Part shown: one piece after another, positions 17,610-27,200 of the stretch
Position numbering within the stretch: the first letter of the stretch is position 1
How the letters are laid out: each line of letters begins with the position of its first letter
IMG/VR virus record: IMGVR_UViG_3300021964_000012
Coordinates: 264,293 to 328,292 of that record
Length of the DNA: 64,000 nucleotides
Direction: 5' to 3' (one strand)
Program-made: the position numbers and the translations under genes
The notes under the pieces: generated by a model
What the model was told of the DNA's origin: nothing
Database searches by the model: none
Seen by the model: only the letters and a program-made list of their open reading frames with translations

Positions 17610-18965
17610 CCCAGATTAAGTTTATATCGCCCAAATCGACAAAACGATTACAAGTTTATTGACCGCACTGTTATGGAAATGTATCAAGTTGGCGGTGTTG
17701 ACATGTTTGTACACAAGTATCTCGGTCCTCAAGTTACTGGTGATGACAGTTCAAGTGTCAGCGGTGGCACACAGGATGCAACACAACCAGCCTATAGTAC
17801 CGAATCACCTTTGTTCATTGAAGATTTATTTTTGCTGGAAAACAGAGATCGCAAGTACGATGACGATGTTTATCAAATGCGAGGTGTTTACAATTCACAG
17901 GACATAGATTTTGATCTAAGTCAATTTGGATTGTTTTTAAACAACGATACACTGTTTATTACTTTCCATTATAACTTTATGATAGATACAATTGGTCGTA
18001 AACTTATGAGTGGAGATGTACTTGAATTACCAAATCTTAAAGACTATAACCCTCTTGATAGTAGTATTGCTCGAGCTATACCTAAATACTATGTAATACA
18101 AGACGCGGCGTTTGCAAGTGAAGGATTTTCGCAAACATGGTTGCCGCATTTATGGCGTGTCAAAGCTACACCACTGGTAAGTGCTCAAGAATACAACGAC
18201 ATACTTAAAAAACCATTTGCAGAAAAAAATATTTGGGATAATGGAAATTATTATCCAAAAGGCAGTACTGTTTTAAGTGGTGATACCTATTACAAAGCAA
18301 TCAAAGACGTAGACCCTGGTGTTGAAATCACCGATACTACGCATTGGGAAGAATTTGAACCCACAAGCGAACGTGACACATTTGGCACAGTACAAAAAGA
18401 CCTAGAGCTTAATGATGCTATTTTACAACAGGCAGAATATGAGGTTCCACTCAGTGGTTACGACTCTGTAAAATTTTACATTGTTCCAACAAACGAAGAC
18501 GGTTCACCAGCAGATCCAAACAGTTACACTGTTGATAATAATGGTATTACAGTTGATACAACAAATGTAGATGTTGATGGACAACCACAATCTCCAAGAG
18601 CAAACGGTTACACACTGGGTTATCTAACCGGCGATGGCTTAGCACCAAATGGATTACCAGTTACACCAGGTATTAGTTTTCCAAGCAACCCACAAGAAGG
18701 CGACTTTGCACTACGATTAGACTATTATCCAAACAGACTTTTTCGCTATAGTGGTACACGATGGATTAAGTACGAGGACGATGTGAGAACCAACTTGACA
18801 CCAGGCGATATTACAAAGACAGTTACAGGATACGGAAACGTAACTTCACAAACACAAAGAAGTAGTTTTGTAAACAACACAAACCAAACTGCTACTGAAG
18901 ATCGTGGTAATATTCCAGAGCGTCAACCATTGAGTAAGTTGCTTAAACCACAGGCTGATAACTAA
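17607..18965 (+). CDS. gp14: Neck / head-closure protein with extra domains
   Basis: EMYQVGGVDMFVHKY, DLSQFGLF, GDVLELP; directly upstream of gp15. Confidence 0.75.
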   Translation: MPRLSLYRPNRQNDYKFIDRTVMEMYQVGGVDMFVHKYLGPQVTGDDSSSVSGGTQDATQPAYSTESPLFIEDLFLLENRDRKYDDDVYQMRGVYNSQDIDFDLSQFGLFLNNDTLFITFHYNFMIDTIGRKLMSGDVLELPNLKDYNPLDSSIARAIPKYYVIQDAAFASEGFSQTWLPHLWRVKATPLVSAQEYNDILKKPFAEKNIWDNGNYYPKGSTVLSGDTYYKAIKDVDPGVEITDTTHWEEFEPTSERDTFGTVQKDLELNDAILQQAEYEVPLSGYDSVKFYIVPTNEDGSPADPNSYTVDNNGITVDTTNVDVDGQPQSPRANGYTLGYLTGDGLAPNGLPVTPGISFPSNPQEGDFALRLDYYPNRLFRYSGTRWIKYEDDVRTNLTPGDITKTVTGYGNVTSQTQRSSFVNNTNQTATEDRGNIPERQPLSKLLKPQADN

Positions 18966-20371
18966 TGCAACAATTTTTTTATGACGAACAGATACGTCGA
19001 TTTCTACTGCAAGTTACCAGGGTATTTTCAAACTTTCAAGTAGAATACGGTTATGAAACCGACAATCCTCAAAAGAAAGCTCTGTATAGAGTTCCGGTTC
19101 GTTACGGTGATGCAACAAGACAAGCTCAAACAATCATACAACAGAACAGTGCCAACAGTTTACCCAGCACACCTCTTATGACATTCCATGTAACAAACCT
19201 AAATTATGCAAGAGATAGAATACAGGAACCATATTTTGTTGAAAAACAAAATGTAAGACAACGTTATTGGGATACAGAAAGTGAATCCTATGAAACAACA
19301 CAAGGAACAGCTTTTACAATAGAAAAGCTGATGCCGGTTCCTTATGATTTGGAAATCAATGTTGATATATGGACATCAAATACCAATCAAAAATTACAAA
19401 TACTTGAACAAATATTAACACTTTTTAATCCAGGGTTAGAAATTCAAAGCACAGATAACTTTATAGACTGGACAAGTTTAAGTGTTATGTATCTCGAACA
19501 GGTTACATGGAGTTCAAGAAATATACCTCAAGGAACTGACGATCCAATTGATATTGCAACATTGCGTTTTGTGATGCCTATATGGATAAGTCCGCCGGCA
19601 AAAGTTAAAAAACTTGGAGTTGTTGAAAAGATTATTGCTAGTGTATACGACGGTTCTGGTGATATGAATGAAGCAATATATGATAGTGATTTATTGCTAG
19701 GCACAAGACAAAAATTTACACCTTTTAATTATCAAACTCTTTTGCTTGGAAACAAACTACAGGTACTTGAACCCCAAGCAGTTGTGACTAACAATAGCGG
19801 AGTGCAAGTGCCAAGTGCTCCTCCAAGCAATCTACTTTGGCATACTGTAATTGATCTATATGGAAGCCTAAGAGCTGGTATAAGTCAAATTAGATTAGAC
19901 AATCCATATGATGATACACAGATTATTGGTACAGTAGCATATGATCCTAGTGATGATAGATTTTTATTGTTTACTGTGGATACAGACACTATTCCACAAA
20001 ACACACTTGATCCTATAAATGCCATAGTAAACCCACAGGCAAAAGGCCCTGATACAACAAACGGTCTACCAGCGGCATCAGAAGGACAAAGGTATTTGTT
20101 TATAAATGATACTGGAAGCGATAGTGCAGAAGATCCTGGTTTTGCCGAAGCATGGCGTGGTACTGATGGATCAACTTTGATTGCAAATACAAACGATATT
20201 GTAGAATATGATGGCGTACGTTGGAATATTGCATTTGACTCAAGCAACGAAAGCAATTTACAATATGTAACAAACCTTACAACCAGTGTGCAATACAGAT
20301 GGGCAGACAATCAGTGGCTAAAAAGCTATGAAGGACTTTATCCTGAAGGCGAATGGAGCATTGTGCTTTGA
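18965..20371 (+). CDS. gp15: Tail sheath stabiliser / tail completion protein
   Basis: FFYDEQIRRF, VPVRYG, MPVPYDL, QILEQILTLFNP. Confidence 0.85.
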   Translation: MQQFFYDEQIRRFLLQVTRVFSNFQVEYGYETDNPQKKALYRVPVRYGDATRQAQTIIQQNSANSLPSTPLMTFHVTNLNYARDRIQEPYFVEKQNVRQRYWDTESESYETTQGTAFTIEKLMPVPYDLEINVDIWTSNTNQKLQILEQILTLFNPGLEIQSTDNFIDWTSLSVMYLEQVTWSSRNIPQGTDDPIDIATLRFVMPIWISPPAKVKKLGVVEKIIASVYDGSGDMNEAIYDSDLLLGTRQKFTPFNYQTLLLGNKLQVLEPQAVVTNNSGVQVPSAPPSNLLWHTVIDLYGSLRAGISQIRLDNPYDDTQIIGTVAYDPSDDRFLLFTVDTDTIPQNTLDPINAIVNPQAKGPDTTNGLPAASEGQRYLFINDTGSDSAEDPGFAEAWRGTDGSTLIANTNDIVEYDGVRWNIAFDSSNESNLQYVTNLTTSVQYRWADNQWLKSYEGLYPEGEWSIVL

Positions 20372-20811
20372 TAAACGCAGTCGGAGTTTGGTTTTACAGT
20401 ATTAAAACAAATCGATATCTTTATCTACTAAGAAATGACAGTAAGAATCCTGGTTGCTGGGGCCTTCCAGGTGGTAAGGTCGATAACGGAGAGAATTTGC
20501 AAGAAGCAATGACACGTGAATGCACAGAAGAAATTGGACTATGGCCTGATACAATTAAACTGGTTCCAATTGAAAAATTTACCAGCATTGACAATAAATT
20601 TTCTTACCATACATTTCTTTGTTTAATAAAAGAAGAATTTACCCCAATATTAAACAGTGAACATCATGGATATTCCTGGATTAAATCAGGAGTTTATCCT
20701 AAACCGTTACATCCTGGTCTATGGACTACAATTAACTTTCAAGAAATACTTGATAAAATTGAGAGCATTAAACAGTTTCAAATATCACAAAATGAAACAA
20801 ATTCTCCGTAG
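20353..20811 (+). CDS. Nudix hydrolase
   Basis: Nudix box WGLPGGKVDNGENLQEAMTRECTEEIG; LNSEH; start codon uncertain. Confidence 0.85.
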   Translation: MEHCALINAVGVWFYSIKTNRYLYLLRNDSKNPGCWGLPGGKVDNGENLQEAMTRECTEEIGLWPDTIKLVPIEKFTSIDNKFSYHTFLCLIKEEFTPILNSEHHGYSWIKSGVYPKPLHPGLWTTINFQEILDKIESIKQFQISQNETNSP

Positions 20812-21467
20812 GTCCAGGTATCAAAATTAATATTTTGTTTCCACACATTGCTCGGTGGAATGTTGTCTGAAACAAATACAAATTTTACATCACGGTACTG
20901 ACTCATAACTTGATTCATCTGGTTAACCAATTGTTCATCAAATTCACCAACACTATTACGTGCATCAGCACCTAATAGAAAAACTTCTTTGTGTCCGTCA
21001 AAACACGCTAGCCACGTAGCAACTGTGAGACTACGTCCTCTTGTTCCATATGGAACTAGATAGAACTCACCAGCGTTAGAAATACAATTTCTTGCATTGC
21101 TATACACACTTACTTTTTTTTGATAACCTGTTTCTAATAACTCATTGAGTTTTTCTTGATCAAATTCTACATAAAAATCGCATTGCATTTCTTGCCAACA
21201 ACCTTGAGAACCATAACTTTGTAATCTCTTACGACCAAGGTGCCATCCGGCATGTCGTTCAATGTTGTTTTTTAAATTAAACTTCCCGTGAAGTTTTGTT
21301 GTATATCGGCTGTCTCCGTTGCCGATTACTGCGGCTCTTCCAGAAATATGTTGATTTTCAATTGGATTATCAATCCATTCACGTTCTTGATGTTTTTTAC
21401 CATTTTTAATAGTGTTACTAACAATAACAAATTCGCCATCATAGTCAGTACGATATCTTTGTAACAT
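20778..21467 (-). CDS. MptE/Maf/GT29-like fold protein (possible glycosyltransferase)
   Basis: AAVIGNGDSR ... LACFDGHKEVFLLGAD; paralogue of 36372-36959. Confidence 0.55.
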   Translation of the reverse strand: MLQRYRTDYDGEFVIVSNTIKNGKKHQEREWIDNPIENQHISGRAAVIGNGDSRYTTKLHGKFNLKNNIERHAGWHLGRKRLQSYGSQGCWQEMQCDFYVEFDQEKLNELLETGYQKKVSVYSNARNCISNAGEFYLVPYGTRGRSLTVATWLACFDGHKEVFLLGADARNSVGEFDEQLVNQMNQVMSQYRDVKFVFVSDNIPPSNVWKQNINFDTWTYGEFVSFCDI

Positions 21468-24205
21468 TATAATCTTCCTACTAGAACTTCTATCACACCT
21501 GGACCATCATTGTCTTTGTTTTCAATTGCTTTACCGATTACACTACCAGTTGGTGGATTATGAATATCTTTGTATGCTTGTGCATGTCCAGGTTCGTCAC
21601 TGCTGATCAACATATCGCCTTTGCGTACGGTTCCAACAACCTTGCATGGTACTCGTCCAATAAGTGCTACACTGATACCATCTAAATCATTGTTCATCAA
21701 GTAGGCAGGATCAGTTGAAACTACACCTGCAATTGCAGTGCTTCTAGACCTACGAGTTTGTGTTACTTCGTATTCGCCTCCAAGTTCAACAACAGTTCCA
21801 GGCTCATAATCTTGATCACTGGTATATTTTTCTGCCAGGTCAGCATACCTTGCTTGTGTGGCGGTTGCAGTTATCACGCCAGCACTAAAATTGCCCGAAC
21901 TATCTCTAGCAACAATGGTGCTAGCTGTATTAGCACTAGTGGCATTACTGGTAATGGTAACACTACCACTAGCACCACCACCTGAAAGTCCTGTTCCACT
22001 TACCGCAACGTTGGTAATATCACCTACATTAGTGGTATAACCAGCACCATTAGTTAGCTGATTGTTGTTTGTTGGTATATCACTGGTAAGTGCAATAGTA
22101 CCAGTAGAGGTTGGTAGTGTTAGTGTTCCGGTATTACTGATTGTGCTAATAACTGGACTGGTAAGTGTTTTATTTGTAAGTGTTTGTGAACCAGTTAGCG
22201 TTGCAACTGTACTGTCAATTGACAAGGTATGTGCAACACCTTCACCTGTGGTTGCTCCACTTGATGATATACCAGTACCGCCAGTAATTGTTCCAACATA
22301 GTTGCCTGTTGTATCTGTACCTAGTGCAACTGAGTTTGCAGCAATAGTAGTTGTAATGCTCGCAGTATCACCTGCACTAGTAAAGGTAGCACTACCAGTA
22401 ACATCACCGCTTAGTTGTACGGTCACTGCACTGCTTAATCCACCAGCAGTGCCTGTGGTGTTTTGATTGAGTGTTGCTACACGTGCCGCCGCTACAGTGC
22501 CTGTTGAAATATTTGATCCATTTAAGGCTGTTAAACTTGCACCACTACCACTAAATGCCGCTGATGTTAACAAACCAGTGCTTGGATTGTACGTTAATCC
22601 ACTGTCTTGTTTTACCGCAGTTAAATCACCAGTTGTGGTACTTGCAAAATATAATAAGAAATTGGTATTTGTACTGGTATCTGAACTTACTGTTGCACCG
22701 CCTCCGCTTGCATCAGCAAAACTAAGAGTTCCTGCACCATCAGTAACAAGAACTTGATCAGCAGTACCGTCTGAGGTTGGAAACTTATAGGCATTGTTAA
22801 ATGTGATAGCACCACTGTCGTTGCCGTCAATCTTAAACTGTCCGTTATTGCCTGCAGGATCTGCACCTGTGCCATCAGTATCAACAGCAACCGAAAACTG
22901 TGTTCTAGCAGCATTATTTGTATTATCAAAAGCAAACGATCCACCTGTAACCAGTGATGTACCATTGTAATATTCGTGGTTACTTCTAAATAGATAATCA
23001 CCCGAGTTGACTGCAAGTGGTGATGCTACTGTGCCTCTGTATCTTCTTGTTCTTATATCTGGAGCGTCAGCACTGTTGTTGTACTGTTCCATACGAATCT
23101 GTGCTGTTTGAGCATCCTCACCTGTCATGTGTAGTGTTACTTCAGGAGATGTTTGATTGATACCAACATAATTACTTGCTGTATCAATGGTTAAAATATC
23201 GGTTCCTTCGATACTTGTATTGTCTGATCCTACAATGAGAATTTCGTTGGCAGTACCAAGTGTAAGCCCAGTAACACCATCCAGCAGGTTAAGTTCAGTG
23301 GCTGTTGCTGTAACTGCCGTACCGCCGATGTAAAGATTCCCAGCATCAACACGCAAATCGTTTGTGACTGTAACATCTTGATTGGTTGCGTCAACAGTAA
23401 TAGCGGTACCATTTTGACCATTAGCAGCAATTTTCAAATCATTTGTAGAAAAAATACGGAAGTTGTCACTGCCATCATTATCAAATGCACCTACATTTGT
23501 CATACGCAAACCAGTGCCACTTTGATCAATTCTTAGTTCGTCAACGCCAGATATGTTACCGCTGGTAAATGATACTGTACCGTCTGTCATAGTACCAAAT
23601 GTACCAATCCCAGCAGTGGTTATGTTGCCGCCTGTGACGTTCCCTGTAGCAGTTACACTCGTAAGTGATGGAGTTAAACTTGGTGTAATTGTAAGTGTGT
23701 CTGTTGATGCGTTGGTTGTTAGGGCAAGATTTGTACCAGCTACAATAGTAATTGTATCGCCTATAGCATCAGCAACAATACTATCTTCACCGCTTACTGC
23801 AACTGTGCCATAGGCTGCATTACCATTGCGAACAAAAGTCAGTGCAGTTGTGCCAATTGTGATTGGATCATCTGTGGTTAGTTTCCATTGAGTATCAGCA
23901 TAGGTAGTACCTTCGGTGATCATAATGATCATCCCTGCACTAACTTCTCCAGTGGTATCAGCATCCAATGATCGTGCCCAAGTTCCGTTTGATCCTGCAC
24001 CAACTGTGGTTACATAGTATATTCCGTTTTCGCTTCCTGTGGATTGACCTGTGACTAGTATTCTATCACGCAGTGCAAGACTTACACCATCTACTGTAGC
24101 AGGTGCACCTCCACTCAATGTAATGTTTGAAGTGGTTACTGCTCTAGCGGTTTGCTTGTAGTCTATGTCTTGAAGCTGGTGAGCTCTAGGCCGAGTTAAT
24201 CCCAT
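21467..24205 (-). CDS. Tail fibre / virion fibre protein with C-terminal autocleaving-chaperone-like domain
   Basis: Thr/Gly-rich; N-terminal DRILVTGQ...ENGIY module; C-terminal YADLAE...GVVST.PAYLMN...GRVPCKV domain. Confidence 0.75.
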   Translation of the reverse strand: MGLTRPRAHQLQDIDYKQTARAVTTSNITLSGGAPATVDGVSLALRDRILVTGQSTGSENGIYYVTTVGAGSNGTWARSLDADTTGEVSAGMIIMITEGTTYADTQWKLTTDDPITIGTTALTFVRNGNAAYGTVAVSGEDSIVADAIGDTITIVAGTNLALTTNASTDTLTITPSLTPSLTSVTATGNVTGGNITTAGIGTFGTMTDGTVSFTSGNISGVDELRIDQSGTGLRMTNVGAFDNDGSDNFRIFSTNDLKIAANGQNGTAITVDATNQDVTVTNDLRVDAGNLYIGGTAVTATATELNLLDGVTGLTLGTANEILIVGSDNTSIEGTDILTIDTASNYVGINQTSPEVTLHMTGEDAQTAQIRMEQYNNSADAPDIRTRRYRGTVASPLAVNSGDYLFRSNHEYYNGTSLVTGGSFAFDNTNNAARTQFSVAVDTDGTGADPAGNNGQFKIDGNDSGAITFNNAYKFPTSDGTADQVLVTDGAGTLSFADASGGGATVSSDTSTNTNFLLYFASTTTGDLTAVKQDSGLTYNPSTGLLTSAAFSGSGASLTALNGSNISTGTVAAARVATLNQNTTGTAGGLSSAVTVQLSGDVTGSATFTSAGDTASITTTIAANSVALGTDTTGNYVGTITGGTGISSSGATTGEGVAHTLSIDSTVATLTGSQTLTNKTLTSPVISTISNTGTLTLPTSTGTIALTSDIPTNNNQLTNGAGYTTNVGDITNVAVSGTGLSGGGASGSVTITSNATSANTASTIVARDSSGNFSAGVITATATQARYADLAEKYTSDQDYEPGTVVELGGEYEVTQTRRSRSTAIAGVVSTDPAYLMNNDLDGISVALIGRVPCKVVGTVRKGDMLISSDEPGHAQAYKDIHNPPTGSVIGKAIENKDNDGPGVIEVLVGRL

Positions 24206-24247
24206 GGTCTGTCCTTATCTTTGCAGTATTTATCTGGATTTTTGATC

Positions 24248-24275
24248 AAAAAAATAGCACCCAAAGGTGCTATTT
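24248..24275 (-). terminator. Rho-independent terminator after the 1960-aa fibre gene
   Basis: Stem AAATAGCACC/GGTGCTATTT plus U-tract on the minus strand. Confidence 0.8.
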
Positions 24276-24294
24276 CTAATTTGTTGTTTATGAA

Positions 24295-27200
24295 TTACAT
24301 CATCATTGCTAGTACTTCAATAACTGCTTCTCCGCCTGCGTTGGATTCGATTGCTTTACCAATTACTGTACCAATTGCTGGACTGTTGTTAGCCATTGCT
24401 CGACCGTTACCTGCACTTACCATTAAGTCACCTGCGTTAACAACACCTGTTACTTTACATGGTACTCTACCAGATATTGCTAGTGCAACACCTTCTTGAT
24501 CCTTATTCATCAAGTAGGCTGGATCTGTAGAAACAATACCTGCTACTGCATGATGGTTTGCTTGATTGCATGCGGCAAGTTTACCTTCACCTGCAAAGTG
24601 TACAACTGTGCCTGCTTCAATGTCGCCGTCTGCGGCATACATCTCAGCCAAGTCAGCGTATCGTGCTTGTGTAGCTGTTGCAGTTATTACACCAGCACTG
24701 AAATTTCCACTACCATCTCTAAACACAATAGTTGAACCAGTGTTTGCGTTTGTAGCATTTGATGTTACAGTAAATGTTCCACCTTCACTGTTTACGCTAC
24801 CACTTATACCACTACCACTTGTAGCACCTTGTTGTACATAGTTTCCAGTTGTATCAGTGCTTAGAGCAACTGAGTTGGCTGCAATAGTTGCTGTTAATGT
24901 GGCATCGCCTAAGTTAGTAAGTGTTGCACTACCTGTCAAGTCTCCAGCTAATGTGATTGTTGGATCTGATGTTGCAGTAGTAGTAATACTTGCTGTATCA
25001 CCTGCACTTGTAAATGTTGCACTTCCTGTAACTGCACCAGTCAACGATACTGTTACTGCACTTGATAAACCACCAGCAGTACCTGTTGTGTTTTGGTTAA
25101 GTGTTGCCACTCTAGCCGCTGCAATTGTTCCTGAGCTTATGTTTGATCCATTAAGTGAGGTTAAACTTGCACCACTACCACTAAACGTTGTGGCTGCTAA
25201 TACACCTGTACTACTATTAAAGGTTAAGTTGGAACCTGACTTAGCTCCAAGATCTCCAGTGGCTGCAGTTGCAAATAATGGAAAACAAGTTGTATCACTG
25301 CTTTCATCTGCTACTGTTATTGTTGTTGCAATTGTGGCTGTACCAGTTGTGTCTTGGTTCAGTGTTGCAACTCTAGCTGCTGCAATTGTTCCTGTTGTGA
25401 CTTGCGATCCATTAAGTGCTGTTAATGCAGATCCATCTCCACTAAAGGCTGCACTTGTAAGCGTTCCACTACTTGGATTGTATATCAATCCACTGTCTTG
25501 TTTAACAGCAGTCAATGCACCAGTTGTGGTACTTGCAAAGTATAACAAGAAGTCAGTATCTGTGCTTGTATCTGCACTTACAGTTGCTCCTGCAGCCGCA
25601 AAGCTCAATGTTCCTGCACCGTCACTTACTAGAGCGTATCCACTTACACCAGCATCTGCTGACGGAAGTGTCCAAACTAGATCACTTGAGACTGTTGTTG
25701 GAGCCTGGAAACCTACATAGTTACTTGCGTCGCCGTCTAGGAATCTTACATCGCCTGTTGTGGCAAAATCACCTGCTACGTTAGCACCAGTTGATATTAC
25801 AGTTAATGACTGTGTACCACCCGAAGTAAGTCTTACATCACCATTGGTTCCTGAAAAGTCTACCGAACTGGTTCCGTTAACAATACTGTCACCAGCAATT
25901 TCAACGTTGGCGTCGATCACACCTGGTGTAGTACCGTCTGGACCAAAAAATCCAACTGCATTTCCGCCTGTGTTTTTAATAACAACGTTACCAAGTGTAA
26001 TTGTGCTACCTGTAAGGTAGAGATCGTTCCAACGCTCTGTTGAACTTCCCAAGTCATAGGTTGCGTTAGCAGTTGGTATAATGTTACCTTTTATTGCAAC
26101 ATCACCGCCATCTTGAGTGGTCACACTTGAAGTAGTATCATCTGATTCAAGTGCTAAGATTGTTGAAGTGGTTGTGATTTCTCTTACTTCAATTGTATCA
26201 CCTGCAAGAGGTGCTTCAGTAAATGTTAGTGTTGTTCCACTTACAGCATATGCAGTTGTTGGTTCTTGTACCACACCGTTTATGCTTACAATACAACTTG
26301 CAGTTGTTTGAGTACTACCTAGTGTAAATGCTGTTGTGCTGTTATCACCTGAGAATGTTTCACTTGCAATAACTGTAAAGTCACTACCAGCAGTTGTCCA
26401 ACTATCTGAATCATAGAATTCAAATTGATCAAGTGTGGAATTGAAACGTATCATACCAGTAACACCTGTTGGACGTTGTGCAGTTGTACCAACTGGAATC
26501 ATCTGTGAATCAGTTGAGTCAACTTTAAATGTTACACCTGTCGTAGTAGTTGCACTACCAACAACAATTGTGTCTGTACCAGCATCAATTGTTAGTAGGT
26601 TTGCATTTGAACTACCTTCAACAATAAAGTCTACATCTTGTGCATCTTGGTTAACAGTTATTGCAGTACCTGCTGATGTAATATCATCTGTTGCAATTGT
26701 TATGTTACCAGTTTTAAGATTTGCACCAGTTACATCGCCTGTGGCATCTACTGCACCAGCTGTAGTAATGTTACCGCCTGCAACATTACCTGTAGCAGTA
26801 ATAGTTGTACCAGCTGTAATCCCATTTGTTATATCAGCATTGTCTGCAGCTACTTGACCAGCAGTGGTTAGATTGCCACCTGCAACATTACCTGTTGCAG
26901 TTATTGTTGAGCCTGAACTAATAAGTCCAGTAGCTTCCATTGCACCACCTGTTGTGATGTTTCCACCACTTACGTTACCAGTTGCAGTTATTGTTGTACT
27001 TGCCGTAATAGCACCTGTAACAGCCGCAGTTGATCCGTCAAATGTAAAGTTTCCACTATCTTCAATTGCACCAGCAGTACCTGCTAATACAACACGACCA
27101 CTTGTCAGATCACTTACAACAGCACTTGCTAATGTAGCTTCGCCTGTGGTATTAATAGTGGCACTGTCCATAGCGTTTGCAGTTGTTAAGTTACCACCAC

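Noticed and set aside
21467-24770. Diversity-generating retroelement VR/TR pair in the similar fibre C-termini
   Set aside because: Both copies are coding, differences are not adenine-specific, and no reverse transcriptase is present in the window
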